From Azolla caroliniana (taxonomy: Eukaryota > Plantae > Polypodiophyta), in contig JBHGNT010000004.1 in NCBI GenBank assembly GCA_043228905.1, forward strand, positions 19,282,001 through 19,346,000: DNA of 64,000 bases, given 5' to 3'. This document shows, piece after piece, positions 39,805 through 54,145 of the stretch. The position numbers were made by a program, and so were the translations under genes. The notes beneath the pieces were generated by a model. The model worked only from the letters and a program-made list of their open reading frames with translations. It did not search any database and was not told where the DNA came from. The stretch's first letter is position 1. Every line of letters starts with the position of its first letter.

Positions 39805-40024
39805 AAAAGCACACAATTATATTAATTGTATGTGAAATCCACTTAGTTACAACACTTCTTAGTCTCCTCTAACTATCATATGCCTATGTAGGGAGAGGGA
39901 CGTCTTGTAATGCTCTCTCTCTTAAACATGTAATTAGCTTACCCTAATGGTAAGTTATTAGACTACTAACATTATTTATTGGGTTTGAAACCTAGTCTCC
40001 TCACAGGTTTATCACTTCATACAT
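39228..40024 (-). mobile_element. Array of tRNA-derived elements separated by (CT)n: partial 39228-39301, full 39339-39526, full 39575-39764, partial 39929-40024
   Basis: Repeated GATGCCATTGTGGAATGTAG...ACCTTACCAACTGAGC and TAGCTTACC..A.GGTAAG...GGGTTCAAAAC blocks. Confidence 0.75.
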
Positions 40025-41067
40025 CTCTCTCTCTCTCTCGGGTTTGTTATCGTGAATCCTTAGTTGGCCAAAGGATGTGTGTGTGTGTGTGTTGACCACT
40101 CTCGAGCGTACCACATTGATAATGCAATTTAGCTCATTCACAAACAGTCTTTATGCTCTCACTCTTATGCTCATTTGATGTGTTGATGCATTGACACGAG
40201 AATTCTCCAATCGACAACACTCTTAACAATAAGCTCACATACAAGAGGTAGTGCTCAGACACTTAATAGTTTGAGCTTGAGCTTTTAGAATGAGTCTCAC
40301 ATTTTATTGAAGAAAGTCTACCAAAAGTGACCACACATACATGTAGTCTTTTACATTCATTAGGCCATTTCATGTGTTTTAACTTTTAATGTTCATTAAG
40401 TCGTTGCCTCTTTTCTTTTTTGTCTTTAGTCCCCCTTTATTTAGATTTGTTTCATCTACACTTGTTCCTTTGATATACCCAATGGCAATTATGCCCAACA
40501 TTGTCGAAAACGCATGATAAGTGAACTGTACACAAAAGGTACTAAATAACTCTTTTGTCATTCAGTTACTCATCATAATATTCCTCAAAATTTTAAACCG
40601 GAACCACGATAGGAAGAGCGATATAGGACCACAATTTTTGAATCTTCGTCTCTTTTTCATAAATTTTATGGTTCAAACATCCCTCCAACATGCTTCAAAC
40701 TTCCTTGAATACCTCTTGTTTTTCCATCATACATCACCTTTTCTTTCCTAGAAATAAACCACATATTTATTAACGCATGTCATCTGACTAAATATCACAA
40801 TCAACATTACTTTACTGTAGACAATTACAAAATGTTGAGGCTAAACAAACGACATTGTGGTATTCTCGAGCAACATTAGTAATCAAGGTACATTTGGCTA
40901 GTGGTAATGCCTCCTCAACCTACTTGTTTTCAAATTATGGTGATTGTAAGGGAAAACAATATTAAGATAGCCATTGCTATAACCATCATCATCCCTTCTC
41001 GCCCATCCTCTTGCTCCTCTACTTCATAAAAGATGTCAAGAAATTCATGAAACCGACGGGCAACACT

Positions 41068-41478
41068 AAGCACAAAAGTTGTGTTATATGAGTGCATTTA
41101 GTTTATGTGCATCTTCACTTGGTGGCCACCACCCTCAAACTTGTTTCTACCTACCTCTTTCCCTAAGTAATTACATAATTACAAGGAAAAATAAACAAAA
41201 TATACTTTTGATGCTCATAATATTACAAATGTAAGATTAAAGTTTTTTGACTTTACATTTATATGCCACCAAGCACAAAGTTGTGTTATATGAGTGCATC
41301 TACTCTATGTGCATCTTAACTTGGTGGCCACCATAATGTCACCACTCTCAAACTTCTTTCTACGGTCTACTTACCTTTTCCCCCAAGCAATTACAAGGAA
41401 ATTTAAACAAAATGTACTTTTGATGCTCATAATATTACAAATGTAAGATTAAAGTTTTCCGAGTTTACATTTATATGC
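41068..41478. repeat. ~200-bp tandem duplication
   Basis: AAGCACAAA.GTTGTGTTATATGAGTGCAT...TTTACATTTATATGC occurs twice. Confidence 0.8.
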
Positions 41479-42599
41479 GCAGTTAAATACAACATAGCCT
41501 CACAAAGGACTGCAACCAAAGGATGTGGCAAGTTCCACTTCTTCACATTGGATTACTTTGGGAATGTATTAGTGTTTTCGAATTACACCTTGGTTAAGGG
41601 CATAGCCTTCCTCGTGAATCATATGAGAATATATATCTTAAATACAACAAAACACTGCCCTTTATGCTTGGCCAAGCCTTGGTCTTTATTTAAATCGATT
41701 TTTGTTACGAACAATATATTTGTAGTCTTATTATGCCCCATGATAGTAGAATAAGCTTCAACGACTCACTTAAGATATTTATCTACAATACTACATTCTT
41801 GTTGTAGGTGCATTATCACAAAAGGAGATGCATGCTAGGAGACATATGCCATTGGCTATTACTAATCATTGTAAGGTGAGGTGGAATGATACTCAAGCTA
41901 TGTTGAACTTAGAAATTATATATATATATATATTAAACATTGTGTTTTTAATAGGTTGCTACTTGATTGCCCTTAATTGTTTACATTGAATGACCATGTC
42001 CAAGGATCTAAGCTACCATAGTAGGCTATCAATTACACATACTGTACACACACATACACAAAGTTGACTATGATAAATTCATTGTTTTTTGTGGGTGTGT
42101 TCTACATAATCATTGAAGTCACCTCTAGCATATCCAAAATTTCCGATGACATCAACTTTAATAGTCATCTATCAATGACATTTTAAGAAGTTCTAAAGCC
42201 TTACCATTTTGAGGAAATGTGAGCATGAGTGAAATGTATCAAACCACTTTGTTATTGGTAACAGTAGTGCATCAACTTCCGAATATTCAAATGAAAACTT
42301 TGAAGATTGTAAGTTGTAATAATTATTAAACGTTGTTTATATCATAATTTCATGTCGTCATAAACCATAAAAAATATCATGTAGCAATGCAAGCTGATGA
42401 AAGAACATTTGGAAAATACATGACTGATACGAGATTTAACTTGTGGACTAATTCTAAAGGCCAAATTTAATAATTTCAATCTAGGAAATTGGGAGAAAAC
42501 TCACACTGACCAATAACACATGGAAATTAAAATTTCATCAATTGCTTATAATTAGTATTTGATTGTAAAAGTGACTCCTTGTTATTAAGCTAAATTAGG

Positions 42600-43150
42600 T
42601 TAAGGTGGGCCAATGCAAGTATAATGATGCATGGAATCAGTGCCTAAGGTAGATTGGCAAAGGCTAATCAAGGATTGACAATGAGAAACTTGATTTATGA
42701 GCCACAATGGTGGAGGGGCACACATACCATTGCAACAGGCATAAGTGCATCCTTTCCAAAACATCGTCATGGGAGGACGCAATATGTAAGTACAATCCAA
42801 TAAGAGAATAGAGTTTGCAATGTTCGAGTCCCTTTGCAATATGAAACGTTGCATGGATTATGCATTATGACAGAGATATGGCAAAGAGAACATTAGGTTT
42901 GCATGCATTGAGAGAAATAATGATATATGAGTGCCTATTAGAGGCCATAATCAATCTATTAGACACATCACAATTACAAATATGGGCAAATTCATGTAAT
43001 CCATATGAAAGCAATAATAGAAGCTCTAGGTTTCGTGAAGCTCCATGCATGACAATAATGCATGTGGTGGAATGATTTTTGAGATGTTTTACAAGCCCGA
43101 CAAACATAATTAATATGTACGAGAGCAGTGGTGATTGGACCTTCTGTAAG
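42600..43150 (+). mobile_element. Highly decayed Copia-like integrase remnant
   Basis: Traces in the expected order of SxNGG, EAI, PYE, FLRCF. Confidence 0.35.
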
Positions 43151-43199
43151 TCTACGATTAAGTTTAACAAGTGCATTTAGGTTTTTTCAAGATTGGAAG

Positions 43200-44486
43200 T
43201 ACTCTTGTCTGTTAAGGGATACTTAGAGGATAAGACATACTGGCTTTTTGAGGTGGATTAAACAAATCAATTGTCTTAGTCAGGGGAAATGGTGACAAAA
43301 TACCCGTATACTATTGAACACAATATAAGGGTCATTGGATATGCCGATTGTAAATGGTATATTGATCCACTGATAGAGGATATAAGGGCACAAAAATGAC
43401 TCTATTGAAACTTAGACCCGAACTTGCTGGAATTAAGAAAATAGACCTTTGATTCAACATCAAGGTCTTATGTCATGTTTTTTACTGATCAAATCAATGG
43501 TTGAAGTTATCCTACTACCACATTGGAAGTTGTGGGTGTTGGCTAAAAAACCGGTGTTCAAATTAGATTGGGACCCACTTGATTATCAGTGGACAGATCC
43601 TTTTACTGGTAACAAGTTTAATTTCTTCCAAAATGTACAGTTGGGAAGACATGTGCTTTCAGATAGACTAGATGTGTTACCATATGCATTTCAATATTGG
43701 AATAAGCAAGGTATTACTCCCCAATTCCTTACAAAATTATGGGTTAACCTATGGGCAAGAAAACAACCACAACAAATACTGCATGTACAATGGTTACTTG
43801 TACAACGAGCCTTGCCAGTTGGCACATGGTTGCATAGGATGAGTGCATCTTCTGGTTGTGCACGATGCCATTTACAAATTGAAACTCAAAAACATTGTTT
43901 ATGGGAATGCATTGAGTCTCAACCGATATGGTAACATCTCCTTATAATCTTCACTAACTATTTTCCCCCATTGGTTTTCACATGAGGCACGATGGTTTGG
44001 ACAACACTTGTCCATTATGCTTTCCATTATGACGTCAAATCTATGGACCATGGATTTTACACTACACTACCATTGCTATCACTACAATTTTCAGGAATAA
44101 GGAAGGAAATCCAACTAGTATGGGAGGTACTGAGTAGTACGACGATATATAACATTTGGAAGGCTCGGTGTTCTCTTGTTTTCCATCAAGTTAAAGCATC
44201 ACCAGCTAAATTGGTTACAAATATTTGGTTGGACATAGTTCATACTTTGAAGGGTCAATGGGATGGTATAGTTGGAGATTATGATGCTAAAACAACTAGT
44301 CTCAAATGTCACGAGTTTCTTATCGTGTGGACAAGTACTCCATTCATGACCTCCAAGAATGACACTCCTTATTGGCACTTTCAACCTCCAAAATGGTTGT
44401 TTCCTCCGCCGATCACATAGAGTTTAAAATATTATAAAATGCTTACACTAATGAAAGGATATCTTCATTTAATAAATAAATAAAAC
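43200..44486 (+). mobile_element. 3' end of an L1-like LINE (zinc-finger C-terminus, A-rich tail)
   Basis: RALPVG...CARCHLQIETQKHCLWEC, IWKARCSLVF, then AATAAATAAATAAAA at ~44471. Confidence 0.8.
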
Positions 44487-44828
44487 CTCCATGATCGTGT
44501 GATGGTATGGCCCACGTGTCTTATATCTTGGTACTCGTGATCTCCATTTCCATCAACATTCCGTTACTCTCTCTATGATAACTTCACGACACATTATTAG
44601 CGGAGTTAAGAAGCTATAACGAGCATGCGTGTGTTTATTGCTAAAAAATCATTAGTTCAATACATCGATGAGAATGTGGTTTAAGAAAAGAGATTAATAA
44701 TGCAAGTTGTAACAAAGACATGTGAAAGTTATGATTTGAACCCCAATGACCTTAAGTTAATATCGATAGTGTATGATAAAATTCATTCGGTTTTCTGAGT
44801 TTTTTCTTCACTTTATGGTTTCCATGGA

Positions 44829-45147
44829 TAAAAATCGGCCACCGCTCGGCTCAAGCTTGAAATAAATCATTAAACCATTTTTAAATGGTTTGACAATTCA
44901 ACTCGGTTCAGTTTAGGCTTGAGCTTTCTTAATCAGTTTGAGCTCAGTTTGGGATGGCTCAAATTAAACCAAACCAATTTGGGCAAAACCAATTTCCAAA
45001 CCAATTAAGGCTTAATAAGCTTGGCTAAACTGACTTGCCTTAGTCGGTTTCGGAACTGGTTCGGTTCAAGTTTGGAAACTCCCAAATCAGTTACGGCTTA
45101 ACCGGTTTGATTTGGACAAGGCCAAAACCAACCGTTGCCGATTCCTA
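44829..45147. mobile_element. Non-autonomous hAT-like element with many CGGTT/AACC subterminal motifs
   Basis: Imperfect termini TAAAAATCGGCCACCG / CGTTGCCGATTCCTA; no clean TSD. Confidence 0.5.
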
Positions 45148-47244
45148 GTTTCTCACTAATAATATACATGAAAAGGAGATTGTAGGCATGACGAGATGCT
45201 TATTAGTTTCACTTGATGATAGAACACTTCCACGATTTTGAACGGGGAATTGACAACATGACTACCGCTACCAGATTGTTGCGCAAAGCTTGACGTGTAA
45301 ATGAGCATTAAGGTCATTTGGACATGGAAATTGACAAGGTAACCAACAACAACAATGAATGACCCCAAATGAAAAAGGAATAAGGTTACTTAGGGATAGG
45401 CCACGTGTTGTGCAAAAAATATTGCTATTGGGGAATAGGAGGAACTTGCCAATCTGTTCCCATGGGAAAGAAGAGCAAGGAGATTGCCACTTGATCAATA
45501 AGCTTTCCGTGACAGGGTGCACGAAAGGGAATCTGACATGTATCAACCTTTGAACCATCCAATATAATGTTTGCCCTTTGCATTTGGCTATACGTGAACA
45601 TCTATGCATACAAGACCCCTGGACTAATCATTGATCCCTATACATTCCAAGTATGTGCTTGAATGGGAGCCTAGGCCTACGACATGTGTACAATCGTGTC
45701 ACATGTGTACATATAGACTATCTGCGTGCTCACATTTCCTTTTCATCCATGAAATGATAAGAAGAAAAAGAAGAGAAAATATGACAAACTCTTATGAATT
45801 TAGTAGAAAAGTACATATACCTATTGTAAAAATTTGCTCTTTGATAAAGATTTATAGTTGCCAAAGTTTCAAAGACTCATCAATATCAACGATTTTGTGT
45901 GAATTCGGTGAGTGGCCACCCATCATTTTTGAAACAAGAGGGAATGATGAGAAAATAGTCAAATCGAAAGGAATTTAGTGGCGGAAAGAGGTTGGAATTG
46001 ATGGGTCGGATGGTGTCATCAATTTTGTTTTTTCGAAAGGTGTCCAACTGGCAAGGTGTTTTGAAATAAAAAGCTTCGACCAATGTGTTAATGAACGAAG
46101 AAACAAATGGGGGTGCACTGAAGTTTCCTCCGGACATAAGAAGTAAATTGCGGTTCTTAATCTTGAGGAGCCGAAAGTTGCGGATCAAGGTATGCAAGAA
46201 ACCCTAATTTTGACATCCACGCTCACAGACACACACCAACACATTATACATATGCATCAGAATTGGAATAGGAATTTTAGTCAAAATGAATTTATGTCAT
46301 GTGTGTGTTTTGTGTGCATTTGGAATGTGATTTGATCCAAGAGTGGGAAAAAAGCAAACGCAAAAGCAAGCTAATCAATCCATGTAGTGTATTTTTTTTA
46401 GTGTGATTTGATCCTCGAATTAGAAATCAAAAAGCAAAAAGCAAAAAGCAAAAAGCAAAAGGCAAAAGCTGAGAGTAAATTGCTATGGTTTTCCCATTTC
46501 ACACTGTTAAAATTACTAGTTTTTTTTGTCCGCGCAAATATCAGATATTTCTATAAATAAATATTTATTAAATGCATAAAAAAAACAAAATATGAACATT
46601 TAATTTGGAGAGGAATGATTAGAGCGTTCGTGTGGGGTGGGGGGGAAAGATATAAAATTGTTATTTATTTATTTTTTCGTTCAATTTTTTGATATTGTTT
46701 TTTATTAAAAGAAAATGCTGTAGAGAGATGAAAACATCCAAAGACTAATTAGAAAAAACAATACGAAATTAAAGAAGAGAGAAGATAGAAGAATTAACTG
46801 TAAAAATCCTGTTTTATCTTTTTCTAAAAAGAAGAACCCCCCCAAAAAAAAGAAATTAAAGATTTTTGTTTTATTTTAATCTCGCCCAAATTGTGTAATA
46901 AATAGGAAAAATATAAATAAAAAAAAGGAAATCAGATCACCATGTATTTTGCTTTTTATTCATTTATTTTAGTAATTGACAAAAGAAATTAAAAAAAGGA
47001 ATTTATTCAATTTAATAAGTAAAATAAAATAAACTTTTACTCTGTTTTTGTTGTTCTGTTCTGTTCTGTTCTTTCCTTTATTATTAATTTTTGCCTTTCT
47101 CCTCCATTTTCCCTCTCATTTTCTTGCTTGAATCTTTCTTTTCCATTTCCTGTTCATCCATCCATCCATCCATCCATCCATCCATAGCTGAAGCAGAAGA
47201 AATTGAAGGAAGAAAAGAACCCTCCATCACTTGAATCAATCAGT

Positions 47245-50200
47245 ATGTCTGCTGAAAAACCAGACATGATCTCCCCCTACTCCAGTAGCCATAATCATAA
47301 ACCTCCCTCTTCTCTGCAATCCATCTTCCATAAGAACAGAAAGCTATGGAAAAGAACAAGAAAATCTGAACCACCTTCATTGCCTACATCGCAATTAAAC
47401 CTTCTTGACCCCTCAGAAACCCCCATGGATTTCAATGCAAACACTCGAATCAATCCCATCTTCTGTAGTGATAAAGTGGCCCCTTTTCATAAGAAACATA
47501 TTCCTTCTGCCACTGAGGATTATGGTGAGCATGGCTTGCGTAGTCTGATGATCGTTGATGAAAGGTCATCGTCTGGCTACAGTAATGTGCTCAAAGATCA
47601 GACACTTGAGGGTAATGTGGATAGAAGAATGGATTCGAATTACATCGCGGGGGGGTCTCCTTCTTCATCGATATATTCGAGTATAAGTTCCAATAATAAC
47701 AATGGTGTTAAGGTCGATTATGATCATGAGGGAAGAAACACAGAAAACCCTAATGTTAAGTATGATGAAGACTATTGGGTTCAGATCCAAGCAGAGCTTC
47801 TGTCAGCTGAATGCAAGCTGCTCAGAGCAGAGCAAGAACTTGTTCTCAGGAAATGGAGACAGGGGTGTGATGATGAGAAGACTGATAAACCAACCAACTA
47901 TACAGATTCACCCGAAGATGAGTCTGAGGTTCGATTCCCGGACACACATCTTTCTTCTTTCTTTCAATGAACAATCTCAGTATTTTTTTACATTAATGGA
48001 TCAAAAATTTGAATCCATTTTCTGATCTGATTAATAATTATGGTACTTGTTCGCAGCAGATTGCTTAAAGAATTTTAAAATACATTTGAATCATGCTAAT
48101 GTTTACTGCTAATTTCTTTTCTTCACTTGGGGAAGTTTTTTATTGATTTATAATTCTATCTTTTAAAGTTTAAACACAGTTGAATTAAATCTTTTTTCTT
48201 TGTTTTTCGCTTGAATTTGATTGCAGGAAACAGGGGAGAAGACAGGCGAATATGGTTGCAATAACAACCATAACTGTAATCAAAGCAATCAAAAGAAGAA
48301 GAAGAAGAAGAAGAAAATGATGAGTAATAGTGTCGAACCTAATTGTGAGGCTATGAAGCAGTGCAGTCCCGATTTCGCTCATGAAGCATTGAGAAGGCTC
48401 AATTCTAATCATAATAGTAATCATAATAATAATAATAATAATAATAAATTTGTCACAGATTTCGTTTCATCCAATATTCCAAGTATAGTTCGCCCAATTG
48501 ATCTGCTAGATGACCCAACCCAAGCTTTACAAGAAAGGCTACAGAATTTACTCCTTGTTAATGCTTCATCATCATCGCCTGCATCTTCTTCTTTTTCTTC
48601 CCCTACACCTTCTCCAGCTAGACAATATGTTAAGAGCCATGTAAGATTTCATTGGCTTACTCTTGAAACCTAACCCTAATCTATGCGATGTTGGTTATCT
48701 TTTTTATTATTATTTATTTTTCATCAATTATAGAGAGATCATATGGTTACAGTATATAGATTTATCTGTAATTGGTTTTTGAAATCCGATGATTTTCTCC
48801 TTATACTTTTTAACTATCAGGATCATCATTCAAGGTCAGTAGATAGTATGTGCAAGAATTGTGGTGGTTTGAACTCGCAGCAAGGATCAATGGCAGCTAA
48901 AATTAGAGATAGCGCAGGCAAACAATCCATAATGCACGGACAAGATCAACGGCAGCTGGATGATGAGGTGAGTAAGTCTAAATTTTATATTGTAGCGATT
49001 GTGAATGTGGTAACGAATTAGGGATTCATATGTAAAAATCATTCCGATTATGATGGTTATTATTATGATTGTGAATGTGGTAACGAATTAGGGATTCATA
49101 TGTAAAAATCATTCAGGTTTTAAAAACATCCTTAAATCTTTTTTAATTTAAATTTGTTGCCCCCATTCCCGATTCCCATTCAAATGCAGGAATTTGCAGT
49201 AACTCCAGAACCAGAGATGTATTGCAAAGCGACGATCCGGCGGATCGTGGAGCAAATGCGAGTGGAGTCAGAGCACTGGTCCCAAATGCAGGATGTGCTG
49301 CGGAGCCTGCAGGAAGAGATGTCTACTCTGAGTCGAGAGAGGGAGCAGTGGGAGACACGGGCTCTCCGAGCAGAAGCAGAGCTTCTTTCACTCCATGAGA
49401 CGGTACAATTCAATTGATACACCTTCACCTTCTCTCAATTCTCAGGAACTTTGGATCAATTCCATCATATCTATTATTACATCTTATTGTATGCCAATCA
49501 ATGTATACATATATGTATGGCAATCTGTCTAGGTAATGGTATATGTATGCATGTATGCATGTATGTAAGCATGTGTGTATGTATGTAATGGTATGTGTCT
49601 AGGTAATGGTATATGTATGAATGTGTCTAGGTAATGGTATATCAATATGTATGTATGTGTGTGTGTATGTATGTAATGGTATGTGTCTAGATAATGGTAT
49701 ATCAATATGTATGTATGTGTGTGTATGTATGTAATGGTATGTGTCTAGGTAATGGTATATCAATATGTATGTATGTGTGTGTGTGTGTATGTATGTAATG
49801 GTATGTGTCTAGGCAATGGTATATCAATATGTATGTGTGTGTGTGTGTATGTAATGGTATATCATTATATGTATACATGCAGATATGTATGTATGTTTGT
49901 AATGGTATGCATCTATGTATGTGTGTTTGTGTGTATATATGTATGTATGTATGTATGTATGTGATGGTATGCATGCATGTATGTAGGATATATGTTTGTA
50001 TGTATGTATATATGTATGTACATATATGTGTCTGTATGTATGTTGTATGTTGTATGTGTGCATGTGGTGTGTGTCTACACACATATGTATATGCCCTCTT
50101 GCTGCACTAATTTTTGTCTTGAAATTGTTGTAGGCTCATGAAATGTACTCCCGGGCTAAGAATGCCGAACAAGAATGTGCGGCCCTTCGGACGGAGAGGA

Positions 50201-51228
50201 AGTTTTTGATGCTCAAGCTTCAGAACCTGAAGCAACACACAACAACTAAGGCTGCTAGGCATATGGCAATGGAGATGCGGAGTGACAACGGTATGGGTAA
50301 GATGTCAAACCCATGCCATGGAACCGACACTCTATTGTTTCCTAGGGAGGTGACACCATTGTCACTTCCCAAAGTTTCGTATGATGTCGACGAGATCAAG
50401 AAGAATTTATGCGGCACCAGTGTGCTAGACGAGAAACCACCCCGCTATAACTTCGCCGGTTACAGCGTCGGTTCGCTTGAGGATCTACACTCGGCTCGGC
50501 TTTGCGAATCATTTGTTCATAGCCGGAACGAAAGCAGTAGGAGCAGCGTGGACCTCGGACACCATGGTAGCCAAAAGATCAACTTACTAAGCAAGTCCAA
50601 TATCAAGAAAGCGCTAGATTTCAATGTGAACGGTGTCCCCCCAAGCAATGAGGTAGTAGTAGGACACACTACTCTTGCCACGAAGAAATCTACCCGAAGT
50701 AACTACTATCGCCTCGGCCATACTTATCAACGGTTGTTTAGTAAAGGGTCGGGTGGTTCCGGCTCGAAGGTAGATGAATATCCGTGCAAGAATCGCTCTT
50801 CGAGTGATAGTCGAGTGATAAGGCCTAAGAAGGAATACAAACCAAGAAGTGACGATGATATTGATGTCGATATTGATGTGGTGCCTAACATGCATTTTAT
50901 AAGGAACCAGAAAGTAAAGAACGGCGTGGAATATCGTGGTACCAACTTTGGGAATGTGGAAAGGAAGAAGGCACGGTTAATTAATCTTAGTGACAAGGAA
51001 AATCGGCCAGGGAGTCTTATATCATATACCGCATGTCAATATGAAGGAAAAGATGGATTTGTGACCGGATGCGTCCGGGTGGATGATGATAAGTATCAAG
51101 ATTATTTTGTATCGTCGAAGAGCATTAAATCCCCGAATATCCCCACGGCTCCGACATCGACACCGTCCAAGTTCCCTTTTTCTGAGGTTGCGAACAATAT
51201 ACCCACCTCTTCCATATTCAAAATCTAG
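47245..51228 (+). CDS. Uncharacterised coiled-coil protein, ~850 aa; exons 47245-47928, 48227-48640, 48821-48967, 49190-49402, 50134-51228
   Basis: Five open exons join through GT-AG, all phase 0. Coiled-coil blocks QAELLSAECKLLRAEQE and CKATIRRIVEQMRVESEHWSQMQDVL...WETRA. Confidence 0.82.
49500..50095. repeat. (TATG)/(TG) compound microsatellite with a ~60-bp higher-order unit, in intron 4
   Basis: GTATGTGTCTAGGTAATGGTATATCAATAT repeated about five times. Confidence 0.9.
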
Positions 51229-51898
51229 CCCTAAGGAAACCCTAAGATATTTGTACACCCAAGTTCAAGCATTAATATCCCACACTAGACAAGGATGAAT
51301 GGTGATATCTATAACCAATACATATACACATTTGTATGTGCATTTTGATACTAGTGTACGAAGATGGTAAATAAGAATGTGACGACTTTCTATGTAAATC
51401 TGAAATACTCTATAATTACCGTGTGTTATAACAATATCTTTCCAAGGGCCCGTGATTGTTGTGTTGTACAATGGGTGGTGTTGATGATGGATGGTTTTAC
51501 TATACGAGTGGTTCCTCCATGGTCTAGTGTAATAATGTTGTTACGCTAGATGCATGAATGAATGTAGGTTGAATGCGTTTCTAATGTCAAAAGTGATGCG
51601 GGCAATCATTGCATGAGGTTGTTTATGTAACTGGAGCATACATATGTAATCCATGTATATGTTGTTGAATGTAATGTTGTCCAATCAAACTTTGTCCTAA
51701 CTGGTTCAAACTTATCGTTACTTGTTACTCCGTCTTGTAAAGGAGCGGGAGTCTCTCGTTCCTTTCTTCTCTCCATTGTGACTTTTGGATTGAAAGTTAG
51801 GAACTTATTTTATTTGACACATGACAAAAGTGTGAATCATCGAAGTTTGAGCTTTATTGTTTTTTTCTCTCTTTATACATACATGAATGATACATACA

Positions 51899-51934
<36 letters not shown>

Positions 51935-52561
51935 TATATATATTGGTTTTATGATGATTGTGAGAGGGAGAGAAAGTTCAAATGTCACCAAATCCCCATA
52001 AAAAGAAGATAGCATGGAGACAAGAACAAAGTCCATGGTTTTCTATGTTATTTTATTGAGTAATGAAGGAAAAGGGTTAGGGTTTGGAAGAGTTCAAAAC
52101 ACTCCATGAAACCCCAAAATGAAGACAAGTGGAAGTAGTGGAGGAGTGTAAAGCAATTCATTGGATGAAATGAGTCTATAAACAAAGGGACCAAAAGAGC
52201 AGAGCATAATGGAGGGCAATATGTGAAAATTTGGAGAACGCCCATGTCATCATAATAACTAATGAATAAGAACATAAAAAAGTTAAAAACTACCATTTAA
52301 AAAAAGAAAGAGAAAATCCTCACACACATTTTCACTCACACATACACACACATGCAGACATTTCATGTGTTGTCACAAAATATGTCACATTACACACACA
52401 AATTGTACCCTTTCACATCATGTGTGTTTTCTTCTTGTTGGTTTGTTGCACACTTTTGCATGCTTCACACACTTCATTACATATATATGTATAGCTAGAT
52501 AGCTAGATAGCTAGCTATCTATATGTACTCACTATCACCATTATTAGCTGACCTTTCTATC

Positions 52562-52607
<46 letters not shown>

Positions 52608-53634
52608 CTAGCCCTAGCTCTAGCCTAGCCTCCTAGGCATCCATGACATAGAAGATCACAATTTACGTATCTATCTATAAGGGAAATTGTACCCCCTTTG
52701 AAATGATCCAATATCCTCCTCCATCATACCCCCCTCCCTTCTCCCTTGCCTCTTGCCTTGGTGGTGGTTTGGCCCGGAGTAGTAAGTAGTAGTGACAACG
52801 TTGTACCGTCGAGATAGAACCCAAGTTTGATCCTCGCTCCTCATTCCATTGATTCATGTCCAGTTTCCCATGGATGTTAATAATCTATCTATCCATTCGA
52901 AATATCTGAAACGGATTTCCGGTTGATCTGTTATCAATACCACACATACCCCCGCCCGTCATGTCAATACCCATCCTTATGCATGAATATATGAATTTCC
53001 TAATTTCGTCGACATGCAATATATCTTAGGTCAAAAACAAGTACACGCATTATACAATATTGTATTCTCATTTATCTTGTAAGTTGTAGGATTGATAATA
53101 TTTACCCTTGTTATAAGGGACACATTGTTGAGAATTAGTAAAATACCAAGGTTATCATTGAAATTAATTACGATTATACACGGCCATTGTTGATATTTTG
53201 ATGTCATTGTGGGTGCAATATTATAATATCTACCCTACACATGATGGGGTTTACACTACTTGGTGTTTACTACATGCTTGAGGACAATGTCTAAGAAAAG
53301 TTTCTTTAGCAATAAACCAAGTTTCATTTTTATGCTTTGATGTGTTCATTCGAATTCATGAGATGACATGAACAATCCATAGAACTCAAGGGATTATATT
53401 TTTATTGAAAATAGTCCACTTTATAAATTACTTTCCGTTGATTTTTGTCTATTTCGTTTTCCTCATTATCATGGTTTGGGTATGTTACGCCGATTTCAAG
53501 TGGAAATGCTACCTTTAAATTTCACATTTTTCAATAGGACATAACATACCCTCTTTATCTCCTCTTTGGCCACCGACAATTGACGAAACATTTCTTAAGA
53601 GTTTTTTATCTCAAGGAAACCCCTAAGAAAAAGT

Positions 53635-53747
53635 GACACTTCTCATTAGACAAATCATTCCTTCAATAATAGTTACACTTCTAATTAGACAAATCATTCC
53701 TTCAATAAAAGTTACAGTTTGAATTAGACAAATCACTCCTTCAATAT
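53635..53747. repeat. ~38-bp tandem repeat, three copies
   Basis: ATTAGACAAATCA(T/C)TCCTTCAATA x3. Confidence 0.8.
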
Positions 53748-54113
53748 CCTTTTGCCGACATGTCTTGAGTGCAACTATATACATAGTTCAAATCAATTCC
53801 ATTAAGTTTGATCATCACCTAACATTCAATGACTTTTGGTGTCATCTTGATTCCAATGGGTAGGAAGAGTGTCCTTTCTCAATAGTGCGACTTAGTTTTG
53901 AAACTAAACTTTACTCGAGGATTTGATTCCCAAGGCCATGATTGTAACTCATCCATGGACAACCCGGTCGAAAACATAGCTTGATGGATGTATGTATAGG
54001 GAAAGATCCCAAATGTTAACTTAACGTATGATGATTGTATTTCCCAAGGAAGAGTAATTCTCTTTTCTAATTTGTTTCGATTACATCAATAAGATCAAGT
54101 TCATCTCATTTGA

Positions 54114-54145
<32 letters not shown>

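Noticed and set aside
45150-46200. Coding-like stretch with several 70-115-aa ORFs
   Set aside because: No recognisable motif or consistent splice structure; probably decayed transposon
49702-50110. His/Thr/Tyr- and Cys/Met/Val-rich ORFs
   Set aside because: Intronic (TATG)/(TG) repeat translations
52675-52900. Possible LINE endonuclease N-terminus on the minus strand (GGGYDGG...IISKG)
   Set aside because: Too short and degenerate to support
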